A stretch of 64,000 nt of DNA from Candidatus Shapirobacteria bacterium (GCA_041661765.1 JBAZTV010000001.1:135755-199754), one strand, 5' to 3'; shown: positions 19,021 through 29,390, numbered from the stretch's first letter. The notes: generated by a model from the sequence alone, not told the origin. Numbers and translations are program-made.

Positions 19021-20265
19021 TTATTCAATTACTCGAACTTCACCTTTATGGGGCACTCCCATTGCGCAAGTAAATTTGTAAGTTCCAATTTTTTCTGGAG
19101 TAAATTCCATAACCAAAGTTTGTCCTGCCACTAAAGTTTGTGGTCTTTCAAAAAGCCCTGGTAATAAAATCGTCGACATACAGCCATACTCATTTTCTTT
19201 TACATCTATTTCAATTCGTACTCTTTGACCCTTTTTAACGGTCAAAGTATAGGGGCTTAATCCTAAAAATCGAGTATAATTAGCTTTTATAATTTGAGCC
19301 GGTTCTTGATTTTCTGTTTTAAGCCCTCCCTTTTCAAGGGAGGGTAGGGTGGGTTTTAAAATCCCAAACTGAAAATTCAAAGTATAAACCACAAAAAATA
19401 AAATCAGCAAACCCATTATTTTTTGATTTTTAAATAATTTTTCACTCGATAATCCAATTAAAAACAGGGGAATGCTGGTTCCCAATACAAAAGCCAACAT
19501 AATTAACATTCCGCTCATCCAACTTCCACTTAACATAGCCACACTTTCTGTAAGTAAAGTAAAACCACAAGGTAAAAGTATTGTTAAAAATCCAATCATC
19601 ATCGGTAATTTTTTGCTGGTTATTTTTTTACCAACCGACTTAGGTAAATTTATTTTAATTTTTTTGGCCCATTTCACTTGTAACATTTGCAAAGCCACAA
19701 TTATCATTACCGCCGACACTATTACTATTAACAAATTAGCCAATCCGGCCATAGAAATCGTTTGTCCCACCATTCCTAAAATTACTCCCAAAATTGTATA
19801 ACTTACCATTCTTCCCAATAGTATTTCCAAAGTTCTTTTCGGATAAGAAATAATTATTCCGCTCAACAATGCTCCACAGGTCGAAAATCCGGCAATAATT
19901 CCAAAGACAAAAAATGTTAATAATGAACTTTGATCATTAACATTCAAAAAACTCGCCAATCCAAATCTATTCAGTAATAAAAACACCAATATTATCATTA
20001 CCGCCGGCAACCACCAAAGCCCTCCCTTTTCAAGTGAGGGTGGAGTGGGTTTGTTTCCTATTTCAGAAAAACTATATCCATTTTTTTTAAACATATTATT
20101 TAATTTTTGAACACTTATTTTTTCTTTTGAGTCAATTTCCAGTATATTTTCCGTCAAATTTACCTCAGCTTTTTTTACCCCCACCATACTTTCCAAAGAA
20201 TCTTCAATTAAAATTTCACAGCTTTTACAATGCATTCCTTCTACTTTGTAAATCCGTTTTACCAT
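19021..20265 (-). CDS. HMA-domain membrane protein with C-terminal cupredoxin-like domain; carries two in-frame palindromic-element insertions
   Basis: N-term GMHCKSCE (HMA), multi-TM core, C-term FTCAMGVPHKGEV; repeated peptide KPTxPSLEKGGL at two linkers encoded by elements at 19324-19357 and 20020-20053. Confidence 0.6.
   Translation of the reverse strand: MVKRIYKVEGMHCKSCEILIEDSLESMVGVKKAEVNLTENILEIDSKEKISVQKLNNMFKKNGYSFSEIGNKPTPPSLEKGGLWWLPAVMIILVFLLLNRFGLASFLNVNDQSSLLTFFVFGIIAGFSTCGALLSGIIISYPKRTLEILLGRMVSYTILGVILGMVGQTISMAGLANLLIVIVSAVMIIVALQMLQVKWAKKIKINLPKSVGKKITSKKLPMMIGFLTILLPCGFTLLTESVAMLSGSWMSGMLIMLAFVLGTSIPLFLIGLSSEKLFKNQKIMGLLILFFVVYTLNFQFGILKPTLPSLEKGGLKTENQEPAQIIKANYTRFLGLSPYTLTVKKGQRVRIEIDVKENEYGCMSTILLPGLFERPQTLVAGQTLVMEFTPEKIGTYKFTCAMGVPHKGEVRVIE
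19324..19357. repeat. Bipartite palindromic element copy (in-frame in HMA membrane protein)
   Basis: CCCTCCC-TTTTCAA-GGGAGGG-TAGGGTGGGTTTT. Confidence 0.7.
20020..20053. repeat. Bipartite palindromic element copy (in-frame in HMA membrane protein)
   Basis: CCCTCCC-TTTTCAA-GTGAGGG-TGGAGTGGGTTTG. Confidence 0.7.
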
Positions 20266-20267
20266 AT

Positions 20268-20564
20268 TTATTTATTAAACATTTTAGTAACTCTCAAAAT
20301 TTCTTTTGTCATTTCTTCTTTCCTTTTTTCATCACCGCTTTTAATCGCACTCGAAAAACAGGTTTTCAAATGATTTTCCATCAACATTTGATGAGCTGAT
20401 TTGAGAAGGCCAATCACCGCTAAATTTTGCTGCATCACGTCAATGCAATATTCGCCATTTTCTATCATTTTAATGATTTTGCCCAAATGGCTTTGAGCTT
20501 TTTTAAAATTTGTTAATTCTGTCATACCTATACCTATGGTACAGGTAAAGATAATCATTGTCAA
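20268..20564 (-). CDS. csoR: CsoR/RcnR-family metal-sensing transcriptional repressor
   Basis: AQSHLGKIIKMIENGEYCIDVMQQNLAVIGLLKSAHQML..H..C signature; true start probably at internal Met (MTELT). Confidence 0.75.
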   Translation of the reverse strand: MTMIIFTCTIGIGMTELTNFKKAQSHLGKIIKMIENGEYCIDVMQQNLAVIGLLKSAHQMLMENHLKTCFSSAIKSGDEKRKEEMTKEILRVTKMFNK

Positions 20565-20585
20565 CTATTTGGAGTACAATTAACC

Positions 20586-21227
20586 ATGCCCAAAATAAAA
20601 GTTTCCAAAAACGGACCATATTTTGTCTCCGATAATTTACCTTTAAATAAAAACACTGTTGAATATGACGATGAAAGTATTCCTTTAAAAACCGAAAAAG
20701 GGAAATCAATTCCAACTCATCAAGATTATGCTCTCTGTCGTTGTGGTCATTCCAAAAATAAACCTTTTTGTGATGGTTCTCATAAAATTAATCATTTTAA
20801 TGGCACTGAAAATCGCGATGCTAAGCAAAAGTTTGAAAAAATTGCCAGTCAAATTGATGGCCCAGATTTAATTTTAAAAGACGCCACTAATCTTTGTGCT
20901 GGTGCTGGTTTTTGTCATCGAGCCGGCGGAGTTTGGAACTTAACTGAAAATTCTGATAATTCTCAATCAAAACAAACTGCTATCGAAGAATGTCATTGTT
21001 GTCCTTCTGGTCGTTTAGTTGCTGTTGATAAAATTACAGGGAAAATACTCGAATCAAAATTAGATCAATCTATTAGTATTCATCACAATGGCCCTCTTTG
21101 TGTCAAAGGGGGAGTCCCAATCGAAGCTGTCGATGGTTCAACTTATGAAATCAGAAATCGAGTCACTCTTTGTCGTTGTGGGAAATCTCAGAATAAACCT
21201 TTTTGCGACGGTTCACACTTAGATTAA
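20586..21227 (+). CDS. CDGSH-type iron-sulfur domain protein (two CDGSH motifs)
   Basis: CRCGHSKNKPFCDGSH and CRCGKSQNKPFCDGSH. Confidence 0.75.
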   Translation: MPKIKVSKNGPYFVSDNLPLNKNTVEYDDESIPLKTEKGKSIPTHQDYALCRCGHSKNKPFCDGSHKINHFNGTENRDAKQKFEKIASQIDGPDLILKDATNLCAGAGFCHRAGGVWNLTENSDNSQSKQTAIEECHCCPSGRLVAVDKITGKILESKLDQSISIHHNGPLCVKGGVPIEAVDGSTYEIRNRVTLCRCGKSQNKPFCDGSHLD

Positions 21228-21468
21228 TTATCAAAAAACCAATGATTATAAAAATCATAGTCACCGCCGATATCACATCGCTTATCCAACCAGTAGTAAT
21301 TTTTGGCCAAAATTGAGCTAATCCTAAGATTTGAAAATAATTTAAAAATTTTATATTTCCATTTTTAATCGCGCTAAAAATTAATACTCCAATATGAATT
21401 AATGCCGTCATTAACACAAATTTTAAAAAACTAGACCAAACTTTCTTACTTATTTTTATAAAAATCAT
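21163..21468 (-). CDS. Hypothetical small membrane protein (overlaps 3' end of CDGSH gene by 65 nt)
   Basis: ORF track; two TM helices; overlap makes call uncertain. Confidence 0.3.
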   Translation of the reverse strand: MIFIKISKKVWSSFLKFVLMTALIHIGVLIFSAIKNGNIKFLNYFQILGLAQFWPKITTGWISDVISAVTMIFIIIGFLIINLSVNRRKKVYSEISHNDKE

Positions 21469-21483
21469 AAATGCTCTTAATAT

Positions 21484-22059
21484 TTATATTTCCAACCAAT
21501 TCAAAAATTTTTGGATTTTCTTTTTTTCAATGCCTTTCTTTTCGCAATATTTATAAATTGTTTCCAGTTGTCTGTTTGCCATCACATTGGCCAAATTTAA
21601 TTTTTTCGGGTGCATAATATTAGGAGACACCTGTTTAACTTCATATAAAAAAGCCACCAAATCACAAATTTTTAAATCTTTTTCCAAATTTTCATCATAT
21701 TCCACTTCCAACGCTTCCAAAATATTATTTTGTAATTCATCTAATTTACTTCTCAATTCATCGGTTTTAAACATCGGCAAAATATCGCCCGTCACTGATT
21801 CATGTAAATCATGGAGCAATGCCATTATTACTAACTTATTTCGTGTCACTTCTGGATACTTATTAAATTTCGCCCAAAAAACAGCAATCAACGCCGTTGC
21901 ATAAGAATGTTTGCCCACATCCCAATTTCCCCCAAAACCACTGACTCCAAAAGCTCGGGGAATATTAAAAATATTCATTAGAAAATCCAATTTTGGATCT
22001 TTTTCAACTTCTTCCAAAATTCCCTGTGGTGTAAAAATATCATTGGCTCTTATTGTCAT
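21484..22059 (-). CDS. HD-domain phosphohydrolase
   Basis: HDLHESVTGDI HD motif. Confidence 0.65.
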   Translation of the reverse strand: MTIRANDIFTPQGILEEVEKDPKLDFLMNIFNIPRAFGVSGFGGNWDVGKHSYATALIAVFWAKFNKYPEVTRNKLVIMALLHDLHESVTGDILPMFKTDELRSKLDELQNNILEALEVEYDENLEKDLKICDLVAFLYEVKQVSPNIMHPKKLNLANVMANRQLETIYKYCEKKGIEKKKIQKFLNWLEI

Positions 22060-23261
22060 ATTTTTATTATAAACAGTTTATCGTTTTTTCTCACCTTTTC
22101 TTTAATCTTAAAAGTCATGATGTTTTTATCCATTTTTATCTCAAAAAACTTCCCTCTGACTACACCACTGCTTGGACCAATTATTATATAATTGTCGCCA
22201 TTATTTACTCTATTATCAGTAGTTAATTTTATTTCAGCAATTTTAACTTTTGGATAATAATGATCAATTTTCCCCAACAATATTTTTGTTTCTGTCGCCA
22301 AATTATTTTCACCAATAGCCCATTCATCTGTACTTCTTCCCAAATAAAAACCAGTTGACAATCCTCGATTAAAAACCGTTTTTAATTCTTCCAAAAATTT
22401 TTCTTTTTCTGTTTTTTTATATTTATTTTCTGCAATTAAATTTAATGCTTTTTTATAAACCCTAACCACCGTGTCAACATAATCAGCACTTCTAGCTCGA
22501 CCCTCAATTTTAATCGTACTAATTCCAATTTCCACTAATTTATCCAACAATCCAATTGTACATAAATCACTTCGACTCATAATCAAATTATTATCAAGGA
22601 TTAATTTTTTTCCAGTTTCCATTTCCGTCACTTCATATTTTCGTCGACACATTTGCACACACTTACCCCGATTAGCCGACAAATTTTGATGATATAAACT
22701 CATCTGACATCGACCCGAAATTCCCACACACATTGCTCCATGTCCAAATATTTCAATTTCGATTAATTTATTTTTTAGTCCAGTAATTTTTTTCTTTTTA
22801 ATTTCCTCAACTATTTTTTTAATTTGTTCCAAATTTAATTCCCGAGCCAACACAATTCTATCCACCCACTTGCTCAAAAATTCTATTGTTTCCAAATTCG
22901 ACACCGACATTTGGGTTGAAACACAAACTTCAATTTTCTTTTCATTTGCCATTTTTATCACCGCCAAATCAGAGGCAATAATGCCACTAACTCCAGTTTT
23001 TTTAATTTTGTCTAAAATCTTTTTTATATCGGTAATTTCTTCATCATAAACGACCGTATTTAAAGTCACCCAACTTTTTATCTTTGCTTTTTTACAGATT
23101 TGACTAATTTTTTCTAAGTCATTTATAGAAAAATTATTGGCCCCCGCCGCTCTCATATTTAAAATTCCAATTCCAAAATAAATTTCATCAGCTCCCGCGT
23201 TTATTGCCGCCATCAATAATTCAAAATTACCCGCCGGCGCTAAAATTTTTACTTTATTCAT
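22056..23261 (-). CDS. Peptidase U32 family protein (RlhA/TrhP-like)
   Basis: EIFGHGAMCVGISGRCQMS and KIEGRARS motifs of U32 family. Confidence 0.8.
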   Translation of the reverse strand: MNKVKILAPAGNFELLMAAINAGADEIYFGIGILNMRAAGANNFSINDLEKISQICKKAKIKSWVTLNTVVYDEEITDIKKILDKIKKTGVSGIIASDLAVIKMANEKKIEVCVSTQMSVSNLETIEFLSKWVDRIVLARELNLEQIKKIVEEIKKKKITGLKNKLIEIEIFGHGAMCVGISGRCQMSLYHQNLSANRGKCVQMCRRKYEVTEMETGKKLILDNNLIMSRSDLCTIGLLDKLVEIGISTIKIEGRARSADYVDTVVRVYKKALNLIAENKYKKTEKEKFLEELKTVFNRGLSTGFYLGRSTDEWAIGENNLATETKILLGKIDHYYPKVKIAEIKLTTDNRVNNGDNYIIIGPSSGVVRGKFFEIKMDKNIMTFKIKEKVRKNDKLFIIKI

Positions 23262-23281
23262 ATTTTTTAATTTTTTTTATT

Positions 23282-23319
23282 CTCCCTGCCCTGTCAAGGG
23301 AAGGGTCGGGGAAGGGTTT
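23282..23319. repeat. Bipartite palindromic element copy (intergenic, abutting gpmI stop)
   Basis: CTCCCTGCCCT-GTCAA-GGGAAGGG-TCGGGGAAGGGTTT. Confidence 0.65.
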
Positions 23320-24823
23320 AAACCAAAAGGCTTTCTCCTGTCATCTCCACTGGCTTTTCTATTCCCATTATTTCTAAAATTGTCGGCGCCACATCTTGCA
23401 ATCCACCGTCTTTAACTCGACCTTCAATTCCAATAAATGAAAACTTAACCGGATTAAAACCATGTGACACATCAACTTCACCATTTTTATAAAGCTTATT
23501 TTCGGCATTACCATGATCAGCCCCCACAATTACCACGTAATCATTTTCAATTCCCTTGTCCACAATTTTCCCCACTTCTTCATCCACCACCTCACAAGCC
23601 TTTTTAATCGCCTCAAATTTACCACTATGTCCCACCAAATCTGCATTAGCAAAATTAATTAAAATAAAATCATAATTACCAATCGCCTCCAATACTTTTT
23701 CGGTCACCTGTGGTGCCGACATTTCCGGTTGTAAATCATAAGATAACACTTTCGAACTAGGCACCATTATTCTATCCTCGCCCTTAAAAGCTGTTTCCTG
23801 TTGAGAATCAAAAAAGAAAGTTACGTGAGCATATTTTTCAGTTTCCGCAATTCTGATTTGTTTTTTATCATTTTTAGACAAAATTTCACCCAAATTATTT
23901 TTCACATTTTCTAACAGAAAGGCGACTGGTAAATCCCAAGATTTATCGTATGTTCCCATACAAACCCAAACCAAATCCAAATTACTTTGCAGTTCAGTCG
24001 GGCAAAGTGTTTGTCTGGTTATCATTGCTGTAATTTGGCGAGATCTATCAGTTCTAAAGTTAAACCAAATAAACGAATCACCAGATTTTAACAATCCATT
24101 TTTATTAATTATGGTTGGTTGTATATAATAATCAGTTTCATCGCCTCGCTCATAAGCTAAATTTATAGCCTCAATTGCGTCCATTGCTTCATAACCTTCA
24201 CCCTTAGTCCACAAATCAGCCGCTTCTTTTGTCCTCTCCCAATTTGTATCTCTATCCATGGCATAATATCTTCCCACCGCATCGGCAATTTTACCCACCC
24301 CAATTTCCTTTATTTTTTCATTTAATTGTTCAACATAAATTTTTGCCGATTTTTCGGGAACATCTCGTCCATCCAAAACCAAATGAATATAAACTTTTTC
24401 CAAACCATTATCTTTAGCCAATTTTAACAAAGCATATAAATGGTTCACATCAGAATGGACTCCAGCATCTGATAATAATCCCGACAAGTGAAGAGTAGAA
24501 TTATTTTTTTTGCAATTTTCAATCGCTTTTAATAAAGCCGGATTTTTAAAAAAACCGCCATCGAAGATGGCATCATTTATTATTTCCTGTGGCTGCCACA
24601 CAATTCGTCCAGCTCCCATCGTCAAATGACCAACTTCACTTCCACCTTGTGATCCTTCCGGATTACCCACATCTTTACCGCTACATTTTAATAAAGCCGA
24701 TGGATATTCACGCAAATATTTATCATTATTCGGCACCTTAGCCGCCATTATGGCATTACCATAAGAATCAGTTGAATAACCCCACCCATCTCTAATTATC
24801 AAAATTACTTTTTTATTCTGCAT
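23318..24823 (-). CDS. gpmI: 2,3-bisphosphoglycerate-independent phosphoglycerate mutase
   Basis: RDGWGY, GGSEVGHLTMGAGR, VLDGRD motifs. Confidence 0.9.
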   Translation of the reverse strand: MQNKKVILIIRDGWGYSTDSYGNAIMAAKVPNNDKYLREYPSALLKCSGKDVGNPEGSQGGSEVGHLTMGAGRIVWQPQEIINDAIFDGGFFKNPALLKAIENCKKNNSTLHLSGLLSDAGVHSDVNHLYALLKLAKDNGLEKVYIHLVLDGRDVPEKSAKIYVEQLNEKIKEIGVGKIADAVGRYYAMDRDTNWERTKEAADLWTKGEGYEAMDAIEAINLAYERGDETDYYIQPTIINKNGLLKSGDSFIWFNFRTDRSRQITAMITRQTLCPTELQSNLDLVWVCMGTYDKSWDLPVAFLLENVKNNLGEILSKNDKKQIRIAETEKYAHVTFFFDSQQETAFKGEDRIMVPSSKVLSYDLQPEMSAPQVTEKVLEAIGNYDFILINFANADLVGHSGKFEAIKKACEVVDEEVGKIVDKGIENDYVVIVGADHGNAENKLYKNGEVDVSHGFNPVKFSFIGIEGRVKDGGLQDVAPTILEIMGIEKPVEMTGESLLV

Positions 24824-26084
24824 TTTTTAATTCTTCTTCTATTCTCATTAACCTATTATATTTACACACTCTTTCTCCTCGTGTTGGTCCAACTTTAATA
24901 TAAGCCGATCCAACCGCCACTGCCAAATCAACCATAAAAGTATCATTGGTTTCTCCACCGCCGCGATGACTTGGCATCGTCATTAAACTATTAGCTCGGG
25001 CCAATAAACAACAATCCACTGTTTCTGTTAAAGTTCCCGCCTGATTTAATTTAATTAAAATTGCTGTCGCCGCTTTCATTTCAATCGCTTTTTGTAATAG
25101 TTTTGTATTAGTCACTGTCAAATCATCGGCAATCAACGGAAATTTTCCATTTATAACTTCCACTAATTTTGGCCAATTATCCCAATCAAATTCCGACAAC
25201 ATATCTTCCATTGTCACAATTGGATATTTTTCCATCCATGGTTGGTAATAGGTGATTAATTCTTCACTTGTTAAAATTTTTCCTTCTAATTTTAATTCGT
25301 ACATTTTTGATTCCCCATTAAAAAATTCCGACGCTGCCGCATCAATTCCCACCCCAGCATCAACCCCTGGAACATAACCGGCATTTTTAATTGCCTCGAC
25401 AAAATATTCCATTGGCTTTTCATTAGAAATTATTCCATTTGGAGCAAAAGCTCCTTCATTTCCCACATTAGTCGATAATTTTTCCGCCTTCAAAATCTTT
25501 TTTAAAGCGCTATAAATTTCCATTTCCATTCTCACATTTTCCGCCGCAGTTTTTTGACCCATGGCTCCAATCATAAATTCCTGCAAATCAGTCGTTTCAT
25601 CAGCATGTTTTCCACCCTCAATCATCACCACCATTGGTTTTGGTAATGTCCAACCAATCTCACCAATTCCATAAATTTTTCTCAAATATTTGTACAAAGG
25701 TAAATTTTCTTCATTCGCTTCTGCCCGGGCGACAGCTAAACTAACTCCCAAAATTGCATTTCCTCCCAAGACCGCCTTATTTTCAGTTCCATCCAATTCA
25801 ATCATTTTTTGATCAATATTTCTTTGTTCTCCCGCCTCAATTCCCACTAAGTTTTCTTTAATAATAGTATTAATATTTTCAATTGCCTTTAACATTCCTT
25901 TTCCGTTATATCGAGCAATATCACCATCTATTAATACCACCGCTTCCTTTGATCCAGCCGATGCTCCATAACTCACCGACGCTTCCCCAATCGCTCCCGA
26001 TTCCAATGTAACTGTAACTTCTAAACTTGGCGCTCCGCCACTAGCCAAAATCTCTCGTGCAAAAATATTTTTTATTTTACTCAT
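24813..26084 (-). CDS. eno: Enolase
   Basis: ILASGGAPSLEVTVTLESGA...SHRGGGETNDTF. Confidence 0.9.
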   Translation of the reverse strand: MSKIKNIFAREILASGGAPSLEVTVTLESGAIGEASVSYGASAGSKEAVVLIDGDIARYNGKGMLKAIENINTIIKENLVGIEAGEQRNIDQKMIELDGTENKAVLGGNAILGVSLAVARAEANEENLPLYKYLRKIYGIGEIGWTLPKPMVVMIEGGKHADETTDLQEFMIGAMGQKTAAENVRMEMEIYSALKKILKAEKLSTNVGNEGAFAPNGIISNEKPMEYFVEAIKNAGYVPGVDAGVGIDAAASEFFNGESKMYELKLEGKILTSEELITYYQPWMEKYPIVTMEDMLSEFDWDNWPKLVEVINGKFPLIADDLTVTNTKLLQKAIEMKAATAILIKLNQAGTLTETVDCCLLARANSLMTMPSHRGGGETNDTFMVDLAVAVGSAYIKVGPTRGERVCKYNRLMRIEEELKNAE

Positions 26085-26192
26085 AACCCATTATATCTCA
26101 CTAGATGAATTTCTAGTATGATTCCATAAGTGTTGATATTTATAATATCGCTCCTTATAAAATCATACTGATTCTAATTTAGTATTAATATA

Positions 26193-26534
26193 CTATCTAA
26201 AACACATTAGTACCACAAAAATAATTACTAATAAAAAAAAGATAAGGGTAAGAACAACCTCCAAGATTTTATTTTTTGGGTCATATCTTGAACGAAAATA
26301 TTTTTTCTCTCTCATATTATCTATCAAATTACTACTCCAAAAACAACTAATCGCAAAATAAGCAACTATTGCAATAATTAAAAAAATAGGACTAAAATTT
26401 GATAATTTAAAAAAAAATTTTACAAATAAACCCAAAAAATAAAAACTAAACGCCCAAAAAATAAAAACCAAACATATTACAATAACCTTCCCTATTGCAG
26501 TATTTCTTCTAAAAAAATCTTTAATTTTATCCAC
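26193..26534 (-). CDS. Hypothetical small membrane protein
   Basis: ORF track; 3 hydrophobic helices. Confidence 0.35.
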   Translation of the reverse strand: MDKIKDFFRRNTAIGKVIVICLVFIFWAFSFYFLGLFVKFFFKLSNFSPIFLIIAIVAYFAISCFWSSNLIDNMREKKYFRSRYDPKNKILEVVLTLIFFLLVIIFVVLMCFR

Positions 26535-26731
26535 TCAAAACACCTCTTTCTTTTTTTTATTAAAGAGCAAAAAACATATAGACGCATTTGTCTATCCGCA
26601 AATAAATGCTTCACATTTTACCAATAAATCCACCCAAAATCAATAGTTATCTTTATCAAAAATTAAAATTATTATGTAAATTAATTTCAAAAGTTAATTG
26701 ACTTTGATTTAATTTTTAATTAAAATCCGAC

Positions 26732-27370
26732 ATGTGTGAAACTATAAGATATGAAATACCTTGCGTTAAGCAAATAAGTGAAACATCCTGTGCTTCGGCT
26801 GATTATACGATGGTGGCCAATGCTTTAAAAATTAACAGTTCTTTAGATGATATTTTAAAAATTACCAAATCAGAAATTGGTTTTGCTCCATTTTGGAAAT
26901 GGTTAGTAGAAGAAAAGAATATTGAAGTCATTGATTTTAGCCAAAATAACCTCCAATCTTGGTCTAAAAATGGCTTTACTGATTTTTCTCAAAATACCGA
27001 CCCAAAAGTCGTTGAATTTTTTGACGATAGAATTAAAAATTCTAATGATTATCAAAAAGACCTTCAATTTTTATTTCAAAATGAAAAATTTAAATTTTGT
27101 AACCAAAAACCATCAGTTGACTTATTAAAAGAATATTTTTCTAAAGGTTATGTCTGTGATGTTATGTTAGATCCTTGGTGGATCTATGGTGAAGAACCAG
27201 AATTTTATTCATTACATCGAGTATTTATTGTCGATATTAACGACGATGAAATCGTTTTTAACGACCCATCTTTCGATGGGGGAGAATTTTTCAAATCCAA
27301 TACTATTAATTTTCAAAAAGCTTTTCAAATTTCAGGCGCAGAACTAACTTGCTATAAGGTAAATAAATAA
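26732..27370 (+). CDS. Hypothetical protein, possible papain-like/C39-like cysteine peptidase fold
   Basis: QISETSCASADYTMVANAL (Gln-Cys nucleophile context) and later His; weak. Confidence 0.4.
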   Translation: MCETIRYEIPCVKQISETSCASADYTMVANALKINSSLDDILKITKSEIGFAPFWKWLVEEKNIEVIDFSQNNLQSWSKNGFTDFSQNTDPKVVEFFDDRIKNSNDYQKDLQFLFQNEKFKFCNQKPSVDLLKEYFSKGYVCDVMLDPWWIYGEEPEFYSLHRVFIVDINDDEIVFNDPSFDGGEFFKSNTINFQKAFQISGAELTCYKVNK

Positions 27371-27372
27371 TT

Positions 27373-28032
27373 TTATATTTCCAAACTTTCTCTAATTTCT
27401 AAAATTTTATAATTTAACTCTAATTTTTTTAAATCATTTTCAACTTCAACCATATTTACGGGATAAGTCGAGTTATCATAATGAGTCGGAATAACCAATT
27501 TCGCTCCAGTTTCTTTCGCAAACAATGCTCCATCAAAACCTCCCATAACCAACCCATGATTACTAATTGCGATAGCAATTGCATCACATTTGTAATTGTT
27601 TTCAAAACAAATTGTGTCGCTGGTTATATAAAATCTTTTATTGTTGTCATCAATAATAAATCCAATATTTTCATAAATTTCTTTTTCACCTTTTAATGTT
27701 GGCAAATATCCATGAATCGCTTTTACCACTTCAATTTTTATTCCATCAATATCAAACAAATCATTTTCTTTAACCATGTTGATTTTTAAATCAGGAAATT
27801 GATTACAAACTTCATTTGATGAATAAATTTTAATTTTTTCGTTTTCCGAAATTTTTCTAATCATTTCATAATTACAATGGTCACTATGTTTATGAGTTAT
27901 TAAAATTGCATCAATATTTTTCCAATCAGTCAAAAATGATTCATCCCACAACAAACTCCCTGGGTCAGTCAAAATCTTTTTTTGTTTAGTCTCAATCAAT
28001 AAACAGGATTGAGGATATTTAGTTATTTTCAT
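27373..28032 (-). CDS. MBL-fold metallo-hydrolase
   Basis: ILITHKHSDHCN HxHxDH motif. Confidence 0.75.
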   Translation of the reverse strand: MKITKYPQSCLLIETKQKKILTDPGSLLWDESFLTDWKNIDAILITHKHSDHCNYEMIRKISENEKIKIYSSNEVCNQFPDLKINMVKENDLFDIDGIKIEVVKAIHGYLPTLKGEKEIYENIGFIIDDNNKRFYITSDTICFENNYKCDAIAIAISNHGLVMGGFDGALFAKETGAKLVIPTHYDNSTYPVNMVEVENDLKKLELNYKILEIRESLEI

Positions 28033-28051
28033 ATTTTATTTTAATACTTAT

Positions 28052-28954
28052 TTAAGTCTCTGGTCGTCCCAAAATTCTTTTAATCAACTTCTTTATCCAA
28101 AAGTCTTTAAATTGCCCCAAGCGGTCGTTAAAATTAATTTCTTCTTTTACCCATAAATTTCCATAATCATCCTCATTTTTATCACTATATTTTTTATCCA
28201 AAAACTTTTGCGAAGCAGGGAATTGGACTTGAATATATTCATCCACCCAAAATATTTTTTTATAAATTTTTCTAAAAAATTCCATCATTTCTTTAATCTC
28301 CGATCCGGAATTTTTTGCTCCCCACGGCCAATATTCAAAAAATATCGTTGGTTTATTTTTTTCAATTATTTCTTTTCCTCCATCAATTACCAACGGCTCA
28401 AACCCTTGCACATCCATTTTAATAAAATCAATTTTTTTATAATCCAAATCTTTTAACAAATCATCCAACCTCCGACAAAAAACTTCAACAGATTTTCTAG
28501 ACTTGCCCCCTTCCTTAAGGGGGAATTCCGGTTTATCCGGAAGGGGGTTTTGATTTAAGAGGGTTTCTTCCCACATCCTATGATCTCCATAATTTTCTTT
28601 AGACTCGTAAATCCCCATTTTTTTATTCTCACTTCCTACTGCCGCTTGCACCGCCACCACATTAAATAATTTATTTTCTTTAATATTTTTTTGCAAAATT
28701 TCAAAATTAATTGGATCCGGTTCAATGGCAATTACTTTTCCGGTTTTACCCGTCCTTTCAGCAAATAACACCGTATCATAGCCAATATTTGCCCCAATAT
28801 CCAAAACCACATCACCAATTTTAATTTTCGACAACATTAAATCAGTCAAATACGGTTCATATTTTTCCAAAGCCACTCTTTGCCCTACATATTTATCATT
28901 CGGCAAATAATAAAAAGTATATTTTCCAAAAACTTTACATTTTTCCAATTTCAT
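28052..28954 (-). CDS. FkbM-family SAM-dependent methyltransferase (contains in-frame palindromic element)
   Basis: VLDIGANIGYDTVLFA...VIAIEP; element at 28506-28551 encodes NPLPDKPEFPLKEGGK in frame. Confidence 0.7.
   Translation of the reverse strand: MKLEKCKVFGKYTFYYLPNDKYVGQRVALEKYEPYLTDLMLSKIKIGDVVLDIGANIGYDTVLFAERTGKTGKVIAIEPDPINFEILQKNIKENKLFNVVAVQAAVGSENKKMGIYESKENYGDHRMWEETLLNQNPLPDKPEFPLKEGGKSRKSVEVFCRRLDDLLKDLDYKKIDFIKMDVQGFEPLVIDGGKEIIEKNKPTIFFEYWPWGAKNSGSEIKEMMEFFRKIYKKIFWVDEYIQVQFPASQKFLDKKYSDKNEDDYGNLWVKEEINFNDRLGQFKDFWIKKLIKRILGRPET
28506..28551. repeat. Bipartite palindromic element copy (in-frame in FkbM methyltransferase)
   Basis: CCCCCTTCC-TTAA-GGGGGAA-TTCCGGTTTATCCGGAA-GGGGGTTTT. 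Confidence 0.7.
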
Positions 28955-29062
28955 TCAATTAGTTTACCATTCAAACCACTTGTCATTTTTACTGTCATCG
29001 CTATAATATTAGCAGTCGGTCATTTTGACTGATAAATATTATTTATTAATTTTAATCAATTT

Positions 29063-29350
29063 ATGACCAAAATCCATCCAGTTGCCGGCTTCCTTTTAGT
29101 CGAGCCACAAAAACAAGAAAAAACCACTGCCTCAGGTATTGTTTTACCAGAATCTCATCAAGATAAACCACAGCAAGGAAAAGTTTTAGCCGTTGGTGAC
29201 ACCACTTTTATTGATGGTCGAGAAATTAAATCTCCCTGTAAAATTGACGATATTGTTGTCTATAAAGAATGGGGTGGTAAAGAATATAAAGAAAATAATG
29301 TCGATTTATTATTATTAAAATTCGACGACATCATGGCCATCATCAAATAA
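29063..29350 (+). CDS. groS: Co-chaperonin GroES
   Basis: 95 aa; mobile loop and GDTTFIDG...VYKEWGGKEYK. Confidence 0.9.
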   Translation: MTKIHPVAGFLLVEPQKQEKTTASGIVLPESHQDKPQQGKVLAVGDTTFIDGREIKSPCKIDDIVVYKEWGGKEYKENNVDLLLLKFDDIMAIIK

Positions 29351-29362
29351 AAATCTCTTTTG

Positions 29363-29390
29363 TAGGAACGCGCCATGGCGCGTTCCTACC
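29363..29390. repeat. 28-nt perfect GC-rich palindrome in groES-groEL spacer
   Basis: GTAGGAACGCGCCATGGCGCGTTCCTAC; core ACGCGCCATGGCGCGT recurs at 36399-36414 inside transketolase coding sequence. Confidence 0.6.
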
